A DNA stretch of 64,000 nt, from NCBI RefSeq assembly GCF_001194135.2, contig NC_068984.1, positions 81,971,949-82,035,948 of the forward strand, written 5' to 3'. This document shows positions 13,301 to 26,400 of this stretch, one piece after another. Both the position numbers and the translations under genes were made by a program. Within the stretch, counting starts at the first letter, position 1. The number at the start of each line of letters is the position of its first letter. The notes beneath the pieces are model-generated. The model had not been told where the DNA came from. It saw nothing but the letters and a program-made list of their open reading frames with translations, and ran no database searches. Source of the DNA: Octopus bimaculoides (taxonomy: Eukaryota).

Positions 13301-16300
13301 CTGGTCACCTAGATAATGGAAGCTATCTACTACCTCTAGCTTGTTCCCCCTGGCAGTTGATGGAATCTGTTTTCTGCACATTTTCAGGATTTATTGTACC
13401 TGTGCACCTTCCACATACAAAAGTTAAATGTAAAATCGAATTGATAAAAATTTTATATAAAAACCTAAATTACTAAATCTACAACTACTATGAAATCAAT
13501 ACGTTTTATCTTTAACTTACTTTAATGAATTATATATATATATATAGGATCTATTATCAATAAGTTAAATAAAAAGAACATTGAACTAGCTAGGACCCTT
13601 GAAAATAAAAGTTGTCTTATTATTGATAACAATACAAATAACTACCAAACAATTAATAACACCAATGCAATCAATAATCACGCACATGTTAATGAACATA
13701 TTAATACTTCAACTGTTAACATAGTTGATGAGATAAATCTTCCTAGCTCAAACAATATCAATTGCATATCCAGTAATACAACCAGCAATATTTATATAAC
13801 CAATTTAGATACTTGTATCAATAATCAACATAGCAATATATATATAGGTAATAAGCCCCTTAATTGCAATTGTAGAATTAAAGTCCACTGGCCGTTGTTT
13901 AACCCGTAATGTGGTCTATAAATGTACAGTAGCTACTCCAACTAATAATTACATTTATGTTGGTTGCACAATCAACCTTAAACAGCGATTATACAATCAT
14001 TTTTCCTCGTTTAAACTTAAACATAAAGCCAATAGCACATCATTATTTAATAAAATTTGGGAATTGAAGGAAAATAGTATCGATTTTAATCTTAAATGGG
14101 AATTCGTCAGGAGAACACAACCCTATAGAAATAGTAGATATGGCTGTGGACTGTGCTCTATGGAAATTTATGAAATTTTTAAACTTAAGGATAATCCTAA
14201 TCTAATTAACAATAGATCTGACCTTAGAGTTCTGTGTACATTGTTACTCTCGCATCTTTAAATATTTTAAAAAGTAAATCTTGCTAATAATTCATTATTT
14301 TAATTCCTCTCATTTCCCTGACTATTAACTACTTTATTTAAGTTATAGCTTTTAAATATAAATTTAGAATACTTTTTAACCTTTCCCCGCCACTGATAAT
14401 ATTCCTACATTTCTCTAGGTAATTCTGAGTCTCTTCTACCATATTACTTTTTCGAAAACCTTAGCTTTAATTCTCTTAATTCTGTCCTATTTTTCTAACT
14501 TTATTCCTCCTTCTTTTTTACCCCTCCTTCTTCCCCCACTTTCTCTTTGTTCTGGTTTTGGCCATTAATATTATGGTTTTACTTATAAATAATATCTCTC
14601 TTCTACTACCCCACATTAATGTATATCTTATTTTAACTATAAATGTTTGTCTTGTTCTAATTTAACTATTAATGTTCCATATGGTTTTAAATTTAATACT
14701 TTAGTGTTTTGTTGTATTATTCTAAATATACTGAGGAATAGATATAATTCTCCAATACCTTGACCTAAATTCCCTTACCTTAAATTTTCTCTAACCACTC
14801 CTTAGGGTATTGTCCTTCCATTTTCATTTTCATTTTTTTTTTCTTTTCTCTTGCTTGACTTACCCCTAACCTGCTGGCCATTACTACTTAATCTACCTTC
14901 TTCTGAATTGAAATTACTATTACCCCTCCAATTAGATTATATAGAAATTAAATTCTTGTTTGATTCACTAGACTGTTGATTAACAGCCCAGTCAAAATGG
15001 TATTTTTTCTTCTCTTACTCTTGTTTTTTGCACACATCTACAAAATGACTTTCTAAAATGAAATTCCATTATGCAGCTGAGGAGTACATTTTCATTGCAC
15101 ATTTTATGTCGTGTTCTCACTACATGAATAAATGAAGTTTGTACGAAACATACGTACTGCTATAACCTATTGAATTTTTGTTGCTTTTCTTCAAATTTTA
15201 TTCACCATGGTTGTTGTAAATGAATGTCATTCATTTCTGGTATTTTGTGACAAAATGTTTGGCCAAAGGTCACAAGCACCTCATTTGTTTACAACTGAAG
15301 TATTACTTTCCTATGACTTGACAAGTTTCTATGGAAAATCGGAAAATAAAGGATGATGCATGACAGTGGCACCTGTTTACAACTATTATGCGAAGTCGTA
15401 GCAAGGAGACAATAACAGATACACATGCATGCACATGCACAGATATATATGGTCGATAAGATAAGTACCAGTTGAGCACTGGGGTTGATGTAATCAACTT
15501 AACCCCAACCCTGAAATTGCTGACCTTGTGCCAAAATTTGAAATCAGTATTTCTTTAAATTTATGATAAACTAACAATGTCTTAAAATTTAGTAGTAATT
15601 GAATAAACATTTGAATTTTCAGAACAAAACTTTCTGAGCTCAGTGACATCTTATCTTTGAAACAAAAGGTTTAATAAACATAGTAAATACTGCTGGGTTC
15701 TGTATTACAAAGTGGCTGAAGAATAAACCTTCATTAACAGAGGATAGAAATCTATTGTTAATTAGCTTGTCAAGTGTACTTGAGTTGACACAAGTGATTT
15801 TTAGGAGAAATATGTTAGTAGAAGGATATGATTTCTTGTCAAGTATTTAGCATTCAGGATATGAATGTTTTTGTTTCTTTGTGTCACGAATATCAATGTA
15901 CATAATTAAAGTATTGTGTTGTTTTATTTTAGGCTGATCGACAGAGTGGAAACCCTACACAGTCATTCTGAACAAACTCGGGAATTTCAGAAATATATCC
16001 GGCAACTCAGTCTGACCCCAATACCCCCTGTTGGCCCTTTGTCTGTGGTAATTGTTCATAATGTTTTGATGATTGATTGATTGATTAGTAAGAGTATATC
16101 AGCTCCAGACATTTGTCAGTAATGGCAGGCCAATATATTCTCTTTACAAGTGCCCTATCATTTCATTCTGTGACATTCTTTTCTGGATTATGTCACCTAT
16201 CACATTACATTTGACAGTATTGATAAACCAATGAAGTAGCCTCTACATAGTCACTTATACTGTTAGAAATAGCTGCCAGATCTTTTTCCTTATACCCTAC

Positions 16301-19300
16301 CATCTTAAAAATGTAGGAGCATATTGGATAATTTAGTGATAAATAAGTAATTGTTGAAGAAATGGGAGCCTGAATAGACCTGAAATTGGATAGCAGTAAC
16401 AGTAATCATCAACAGCAGCAATGAAGGAGCTGCTGTACAGTCAATCAATCTGCTAAAATTAGCAGTCAAATCACTCTCGTTCATTGCACCCTACCATCTT
16501 AAAACAAGAACTACACATTTAATCCTAGACATACAAAAAGATAGGGGTGGTTACTGCTGGAATGCTTTTACCTTTGATTATAAATCTTCTCAATCAGGAA
16601 TATGCGATTAAACAATGCCAGATAAAAGAAACATATTTAGAGTCTGAGTTGAAATTTTCACATATGATGAACTTGAAGAGAAATCATTCCTGCCAAGCCA
16701 AACTGATTTTGTCCATATATGCATTACACATGGTCAAATTCTTCAGAGCAGAAGGGATAGTTCATATGGGGAGCATCTTGTGTGGCTAAGAAGTTTGATT
16801 TCTTATCATGTGGTTCCATTTACTGCAAGGTATCTTGAGTTAGTGTCTTCTGTCATAGGTTCAGCTTGGTTTGTGAAGGAAATTTGCTTGATGGAAACTG
16901 TGTGGAAGATTGTCACATGGACTCTATTTATTCTTGGAGAGTAAACCTAATTTGTTTCCTGATTTAAAATCACCATGTAAACCTTGTGTACATTTAACAA
17001 AGTTGACTCTGCTGCAAACATTTGAACCAGTGTTCTGGTATGAGGACAATTTAATATCTTGAAGCATTGCTCTCAGATGCAGCAAGCCATGAGTCATGGT
17101 TTCTTTCTCTCTTCCCCACATATACCAGTCTTGGAGATCCTGCAAAAGTCACAAGTGCTATTTTGCTTCTGATTGAATCACAAAAAAAATATTTCATGTT
17201 ATCTGTCTAATGGCATTAAGTAATATTTTTCTTTATTGTTAGAGTCTATGTCTGTTTGGTCACACGATAATTATCCATCCTCCCAGTCATGCCAGTTTAC
17301 CAATCTTCGATCTACCTTACAACTTGGTATTCATCTGTTTCTCTTTGGACACTATCATCAAGATTGTAACATGTATTCTAACTGAAAGACAGATTGTTTT
17401 TGCATCATCCAGTTTTGGTCTACTGACCATAATCACAGAGGTAGGATAAATATATTCTGTTTACACCAAACTTTCAACAAATTTTGAAAATTGTCACCCT
17501 ATTAAAAAATAAAAATGTAAAGAAAATTTGAATGCAAATCCTTTTCTTGAAAAGAAAAGGAACAAAAAAAAGAGAAATTAGCAACAAAAGTTCCTAAATG
17601 AAAAATCAGTCTATTTAAAATTGTCTGGGTTCTGTTTTACAGCAGATAATCATCATCATCATTGTCATTGTTGTCATCATTGTCACAACCACCACCACCA
17701 TCATCATCAACATCAACAACATCAACAGTAATAATAATTAGGTTTTCTAACATAATCATTAGGTCACAAAATTTTGTGAGTGAAGAGGATATGTTAATGT
17801 TCAATTAACTCTAGTACATGAGTTGTACTTATTTTGTTGACCCTTAAAGAAATGAAAAGTAAAGTCATCCTAAGCAGGATTTAAATTTGAAAGATAAGAG
17901 ATAATAACTAAATGCTACAAATCATTTTGTCCATCTCTCTACTGATTCAACCACATTTATACATCATTTTACCAATTTTGAATATCACCTCACTATCACC
18001 ATTTATATTTGCACGGGTTGGATGTGTCATCTCCGACAGAACATCCTACCATTTGTTGCATTCCTTTGTAATCACTTTTGTAAAGTTCAGCTTCCTGAGG
18101 TCAGCCTTCTCTGCTTCTACTTGTCTTTCTTCTTTTCTCTTCATCTTCCATTGGATCTTTCCAAATTAATCTCCTTGCACTTCTTCACTTACCTATTATA
18201 TCATTACACATCCATACCAGCATAGCCAGTGTTCTTACACACTAACATTCATTCACACTAACATTACACATCCAGTGGATTATGCTCACCTCATTTCTTT
18301 CCAGTCTTTGCACAACTTCTGCATTCATTACCCATGTCTCACTGCCATAAGACACTGCAGTTCATACACATGCATTTTACAGTTTAACCCTTTAGTGTTT
18401 AAACCGGCTATATCCGGCCCAGATATTCTACACATTTTATGCTCAAACTGGCCAGAACCAGCATCTCACACCTACCCTGCAATGTCATTCTAAAAATAAA
18501 CAATTACATCTTTCTTATCTTGAAGCTACAAAATAATACCAGATAAATTTTTTTTAATGTGAATAAATAAGGATTACTTTTGACAAATTAATCTGAATGC
18601 TAAAGGGTTAACTTTCACTCAGAGAGAGAATCCCCTTGTCAGCAGAGATGATAGCTCCACCCACTGCTGATTAGGTCACTTAAGTAAAAGAAGCTATCAC
18701 CTACTTCTATAGAGCCTGTTCCCCAATAATTATTTTTAACATAGACACAAAGTTAAAGAAAAAGAAGCTTTACCAATTTTGATCATTTCATTTATTATCT
18801 ATTACTTTATGTATTTTCCATTTACTTCCTTTTTTTTACAGACATTCTGTTCTTTTATCCACCCATTCTTCTGGGAACATGCCTATGTGCCTATTGTACC
18901 TCATTTATGTCTAGAGCTGCTTGATGCACCAGTGCCATTCATCATGGGTTGTCATGTGAAACATCTCCACACAGTCAGTCAAGTAAGTAATGCAATAAAT
19001 ACAACAGGTTGCTGTTATTGTTTAACCTTAGGTCTGCCCATATAGAACCTATTTGTTATCAAAGACAATATAACCATGACTATCCAGTATACTTGTATAT
19101 CTAAGCCTTCATTGTCCAATGTATCTTCCTTTTGTCTTTTCTTTTTAAGATAGTTCAATATGATTTAAGGGAGATTTGGCTGATATTTCTAACCAGTTAA
19201 ATGATTATGTGGAGTCTTTTTTATTGGTTTGTTTAAAACACATTCGAAATTAGGATAGGCTTCTCTTAGTTTTGAGCTACTTATGGAGCACACTTTTGAA

Positions 19301-22300
19301 GTGACTATTCTCATGACAATTCTTCAGAATGTTGTATGCTCCAGTTTATGTTGCTTTCTTGCATGCTTAATAGACTAATCTGATCCTGTTTTTTTTTTGT
19401 CCTCTTTTGCACTCTTTAAAGTTTAGTGTGTCCTCTTTTCTGTTCAACCACTCACACTAAACTGATAGTCTAGGTTCCAACCGCCTGTAATAAACCCTGC
19501 TGAATCAAAGCTCTCATGAGTTAGCCATGTTCATCTTATATTTCCTCAAGAGGGCCAGAGCTAAATTTAGTATATGCACTGAAAAACACATTCTCCTTAA
19601 CTTGCTGCAGGTCACGCAGACAGCCATTAAATGAGAAAATGTACAGTGCAGCCAGAATTAAATCTCTATCCAGTTTCCATTTTTTCTGAGTGTGAAACCA
19701 ATACAACCTTGTTTGTTGCTCCTTCAACTGTCTCTGTTTTTTGTACAATTTTGAACCATATATATATATATATATATATATATATCCTCCTGCTCATCAT
19801 CATCATGTTCTCCTCTAGTTCTGATAGTGACTCAGCAATTAGAGCAAGGTCATCAGCATAGAGGAGCTCTCAGGGGCATCCTGTCTTGAATTCCTCTGTT
19901 ATTACCTGGAGGACTACGATAAATAGGAGGGGGTTGAGGACTGAACCTTGGTGGACCCCTACCTCTACCTGGAATTCTTCAATGTACTCATTGCTAACCC
20001 TCACCTTACTGACAGCATCCCTGTACATGGCTTGCACAGCTCTCACTAACCATTCATCTATCTCTAGTTTCTTCATTGACCACCAGATAAGTGATTTGAG
20101 GACCCTGCCAAAGGCTTTCTCCATGTCAACGAAAGCCAGGTACAGGGATTTGTCTTTGTCTAGGTATTTCTCCTGCAGCTGTCTTACCAGAAATATAGCA
20201 TCAGTGGTGCTTTTCCCTGGTATAAACCCAAACTGCATCTCGTCTAGACTGACCCTCTCCCTAATTAGTTGGGCTACAACCCTCTCTGTGACTTTCATTA
20301 CCTGATCCAACAGCTTGATACCAAGCATCTCAACAATCTCACCAGACCTACCTTTCAGTGTGCCCATGTTGAGTGTGCCAACCCTGAGTGTGTGGGAGGT
20401 GTGGGCCCGTGTGACCCTGGGATGAAGGACAGCAACGTCATGTACCTGAAAAGAAAGCTCGCATTTGGCAGAATTCATAAACAAACAACAGCCTTCGACC
20501 TGCATACACTACACCATCATTTTTATGCACTATATGATCACAACCTTACATAGGAGATAGACCCTAAGTAGGGGTGGAGATGGCATTAAGCCTTTAGACG
20601 TGTTCATGGGAGACAACCGAAGGCTGCCAGAGGATAGGGATTGCCGGTACTGGTGGGGGGGGGAGATGATTGGACGAACCGCGAAACAGCAATACCTGTG
20701 TTAGGAATGGCATATTGATAGTAGACAGAATTTAAAACTCTTAGAATTTTCGGTCAGCCAATCTGTGACAAAATTAGAGAAATGAATAATTGACGATGTA
20801 ACAAAAGTAAATAGGTGCATGAATAAGTGACGATAAGGGTATTCGTGTGAACTTAAGTTTGTTTTTTAAAATGGAATACGAATACTATGTTTACAGAACT
20901 AAGAGGGGGTTATGATCTGCACTGAAATAGAGGTGATAGATGTACTGAGTTGAAAAAAACCAAGATTCCTTATCTGAACAACATCTTCTGGGTTTGTATT
21001 CTTTTGGCGGGATGTACTGGTTCAATAACACTTCTTCATATTTTGTCACTTGGTTAAATATCTAACCAAGTAACTAACTGAACATTTGTTTAATTGTTTA
21101 ATGTGATGATTAAACAATCAATTGGTTGTTTGTCAAAGTCCTTTCATTGTTATTTATGGCTCTTCAATGACATGCCCTAACTCTTCAAGGTCTGCCTTGA
21201 ATTTGTCTGAGAATTAGTCTTATGCCTATTTATACATGTGCATGTAAATGTGTGTGCATCCCAGTGTGTATATGTGTACATATGCATATGTGTGCAGTAG
21301 AGCCATTTTTTAAAAAAATAGGTAACAACATAAAAATGTGTTTGAGGGTCTGCATAGTATATGTGGTAGTCTACAGCAAATGCAGTGCATCCTACATTGG
21401 AAGCATCACCAAGAAACTACATTCACATCAAAGAACATGTGTGTACAAACACTTCTGGCCATAAACACCTGCAGAAGTACCAGACCTGGTACTTTATTGT
21501 ATTCATTGGGACCTCGGAACGTAACACAGGCAACTTTTGAATCAAAGAGGCTATCCTAATTTATAAACTGAAACCAATATTAAGCAACTGAAAAGAGCTA
21601 CACAAAGCAGACTTACTATTATGAAAATGCCAATCTGCACATGTCACTACTCTCTCTCACATATCTAAGCAATAGCAATAGCTTTATTAAATCTCCCATT
21701 TCTTCACATGTTCTGATGAAGGGGCATCAAATTTTACACATGTAATTAAAATGAAGAAGGATGAGTTTGAGTTGCAGTAGATAATTATTTTTGTATATAT
21801 GATTATACATGTGTTCACATTCATTGCTGTCATTTCTTTCTGCTTGTGACTTCAGATTACAGACCTCATTGTTGTTAATATCGATGAGGGATCACTCAGC
21901 CTGGAAAATACTACAACTGTAATCCCTGAAATGCCAGCAGAACCAGTCAAACTGCTACAAGATGTCTATGAAAAAATTCGTTTTAACTTTGACTTGATTG
22001 AAGCTGTAACGTAAGTGCAAGTTTCAATGGTATTGTAATGACTGATATTCTTCAATATCCTTAGTCCTCACCCTTGCAAGCTTACTCACACCTCTGTTTC
22101 TATCCCTCTCACCTGTTCCTCAGCCTCACCCCACACAATCATTCTCTTGTACCTTTAGAGTATGTTCTGACACTTCATCACTACTATCTCCTATTCCAGC
22201 TGGGGTAGCTATATATCTCCTCTGTAGTAAAACACCTGTTCCTATGCCTTTATCATACTCTTGCCTCTCAGCACATGTCTTAAGCCACCTCCCTCAATAC

Positions 22301-23453
22301 TACACCCTGCTCAATCAAGGGCTCTTGTCTTGCAAGCTAGTTGGCAACCTCACTAGTAAACAGTGACACAAAAATGCACCCAGTATACTTTGTAAAGTAG
22401 TTGGCACTAGGAAGGGCAACTAACCAAAGAAACCATGCTAAAACAGACGGAGCTTAACACAGTTTTCTGACCTATCAGATCTTGTCAAATTGTCCAGCCC
22501 TTGCCAGCATGGCATATAGATGCAAAATGATGATGATGATGGTGATGATAATGATATATATGTATCTATGTATGCACGTATGTATGTAACGTTTGTGTAT
22601 GTGCATGTTTGTATCATGGTTTATAACATCTGCTTAAGAGCTAATGTTTGGAGGGATAGTATTGTTGATCATATTACTCTAGTAGTTTATTGGTAACTAA
22701 TTCTATCAACTCCAGAAGTTTGAACGGAAAAGTTGATTTTTGTAGCCTTGCGGAATTTGAACTATGAAACTAAGTGAATCTACCATTGCCCTATGCATTT
22801 GGAAAATACAAGTTGTGTGTCAATATGTATTCGCTTGTATGCAAAAGAAATCCTCTGTCTATGTATGTGTCTGCATGATAAAAACCCTCTATCAGTATAT
22901 GCATTTCTGCATGATAGAAACCCTGTTCACATGTGTGTGTGTTTGTATAATACAAGCTGTCTCCATTGTATGCATGTGTTTGTGTGTTAAAAATGTTCAT
23001 ATGTGACTCACTTTCAACCAATTCTTTTCAAACTATACCAAAGTCAATTCAACATGACTGCATGAAGCACAAACTAAATATTCTTCATTCTTGCTCCCCT
23101 AATTCTGATTCAAGAGGTCCTACATTTGTTTTCTAAGAAATAAAACCATTTTTTTTCCTGGTTTGTTTATTTTAGATGAACAAATTTCTTTATTATTTCC
23201 ATTTACTTGCAGCCCAACAAGCTTCAGCCACAAGAAGAATGTGGAGTTTCGGAAACAAAAGAACACTCTTTTTAACAGACAAATTCAACATTCTTTTGTG
23301 GAACTTATGGTGAATTTGTTCAGGTAGATTTTATTATTGCTTCATTATTTTATTTCATTTTTCTTAGAGTGTTTATCAGTTCCCTCCCATTATCAATATT
23401 CCATTTGGATAAGAATTAGGTAGGTATTGCAATCACTTAGTGTGCATGCGTGT

Positions 23454-23487
<34 letters not shown>

Positions 23488-26400
23488 TCAGCCAGTAGAC
23501 TTACAACACTTATGAGCCAACAAAGGGGTGGTCTTATGTGGTCACTTGACCTGCCAGACATGGCAACCAAATCTCCATCAAATCACACCCAAACATATTA
23601 AAAAAATAAAATATATAGGATAAGGTACTACTAGATATACAAAAAAATGAGGCAGTCATGGCCGGAATTCTGTTGATCATAGGTCTGCTTAGTAAGAGCT
23701 CTCCTGGGGCTAAGCACCAACAACTCCTTCCAAGTCTTGTAAATAAAAATCACTTTCCCATGTTAACATAGGAGGCTTTTGAAAATATTTAATGAGTTTC
23801 TATTACTCTAATATAGATATTATTCTGCCAATGCCAGTTATCTAAATATTTCAACCTTGAAATGTCTAAGTTGCAATGTTGAAGGGGAGCCTTTGAATTT
23901 TTCGATCCAAGGTTGATTTTTTTTAATCCATTATTTTACACACTATTATTCATAGCTTTATCTACTTCAAGTTCCACCATTATAAATGGCTACAGTTCAA
24001 TGACTGAAACAAATAAAAATCTAATTTGACCCAGACTATATCCTTGCTTGAGTGCAGCTGCTGATCAAACTTAAAAGCTAACAGAAAAAACACTGGTTCA
24101 TATTGCATCATCAGTGCTTTGCTATGTACCTAGGATAGGCCCTTAAATATCATTAATCCAGTTCACCTTCATGTAAAGGAATACATGAGAAAGTGTATGT
24201 AAGAAGTGAAAACATTGTATTATGAGTTTCCATAATTCTCTTAAAATACACCACTTTTGTATAAGCCTACTCATTCACGTTGTGACCCAGAAGCACAATA
24301 ACAACTCAATAGGTTACAGGATTGCAATACTTCTGACATCAATTTGAACATTTGACCTCTGGCCCAGCAATCCAACTCTGAAGATTCAGCAGTCTTATCT
24401 ATTGTTTTTAACCAAGTATTTTTTTGCTTTTTTTCTTTTCACAGAAATGTCGTAAGTGAGCCAAAATATTTCAAACCCAATAAAATGCTGAAACAGCAAC
24501 TTCCAGAATATGTGCCATTTTACACAGAGGTAATTTATGGTTGTCCTTTTTTTTGCAATTGTAATTCTTTACCCCTAGTTCAGCCCTGATGGAGCAGACA
24601 TGTGATCAAAAGCATTCATCATAGTTTTTCATCCATGTGTGTCCAGTGTGTCCTTCCTTTTTTTGAAGATGGAAGGGTTAATTTACTCTTTTACTTGTTT
24701 CAGTCATTTGACTGCGGCCATGCTGGAGCACCGCCTTTAGTCGAGCTAATCGACCCCAGGACTTATTCTTTGGAAGCCTAGTACTTATTCTATTGGTCTC
24801 TTTTGCCGAACCGCTAAGTTACGGGGGACGTAAACACACCAGCATCAGTTGTCAAGCAATGTTGGGGGGACAAACACAGACACACAAACATATACATATA
24901 TACGACGGGCTTCTTTCAGTTTCCATCTACCAAATCCACTCACAAGGCTTTGGTCGACCCGAGGCTATAGTAGAAGACACTTGCCCAAGGTGCCATGCAG
25001 TGGGACTGAACCCAGAACCATGTGGTTGGTAAGCAAGCTACTTACCACACAGCCACTCCTTATAAATTNNNNNNNNNNNNNNNNNNNNNNNNNNNNNNNN
25101 NNNNNNNNNNNNNNNNNNNNNNNNNNNNNNNNNNNNNNNNNNNNNNNNNNNNNNNNNNNNNNNNNNNNNNNNNNNNNNNNNNNNNNNNNNNNNNNNNNNN
25201 NNNNNNNNNNNNNNNNNNNNNNNNNNNNNNNNNNNNNNNNNNNNNNNNNNNNNNNNNNNNNNNNNNNNNNNNNNNNNNNNNNNNNNNNNNNNNNNNNNNN
25301 NNNNNNNNNNNNNNNNNNNNNNNNNNNNNNNNNNNNNNNNNNNNNNNNNNNNNNNNNNNNNNNNNNNNGTTAATTTACTCTTTTACTTGTTTCAGTCATT
25401 TGACTGCGGCCATGCTGGAGCACCGCCTTTAGTCGAGCTAATCGACCCCAGGACTTATTCTTTGGAAGCCTAGTACTTATTCTATTGGTCTCTTTTGCCG
25501 AACCGCTAAGTTACGGGGGACGTAAACACACCAGCATCAGTTGTCAAGCAATGTTGGGGGGACAAACACAGACACACAAACATATACATATATACGACGG
25601 GCTTCTTTCAGTTTCCATCTACCAAATCCACTCACAAGGCTTTGGTCGACCCGAGGCTATAGTAGAAGACACTTGCCCAAGGTGCCATGCAGTGGGACTG
25701 AACCCAGAACCATGTGGTTGGTAAGCAAGCTACTTACCACACAGCCACTCCTTATAAATTTCAAGTTTTGCTGAGCAGTCCCACATTCTCTCCCAGAGAC
25801 TAAACACAGTAACTCAATGTTGAAATCCTATTTGAATATTGGAATTGAATTGATTTTTGATTTCCAAATTTTATCATTTTATATTTTCAGGTATTTGAGA
25901 CTACACTGTTTAAACAGTTTATTAGCACTATAGCATCTGGTAGATCGACTTATTGGTCTGAACTAGAAGTAAAAACAAGGCCACTTTCTCGACAAGCATC
26001 ATTTCTTCCTGAAGAATTGAGGTAATTTCTGTCAATGTTGTTGATCTTCAATATGTGTGGAGCTTTAGATTTCTTTTAGTAAAATTTTTTTGTTCTCAGT
26101 AAAATCAAAAAGAAAAGAAAGAAAACCCAATTTGAACTATAATTGTTGGCAAATATAGGCATTGGCATGACTATGTGGTTAAGAAGTCTTGGGTTCAGTC
26201 CCTCTGCATGGTACCTTTGGCAAGTGTCTTCCACTATAATCCAGGCCGACCAAAGCTTTGTGAATGGATTTGAGAGATGGAAACCAAGAGAAGCCCATTA
26301 CATCTCTGTTGTGTGTGTGTGTGTGTGTATCTGCATATACATGTGTGTGTCTGTCTTTGTGCTTGTCCCCCCACCACTGCTTGACAACCAGTGTTGGTTT

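Noticed and set aside
21712-21770. CTGATGA downstream of the second Penelope remnant
   Set aside because: No paired stem II or GAAA/NUH partner remains, so no hammerhead can be drawn.
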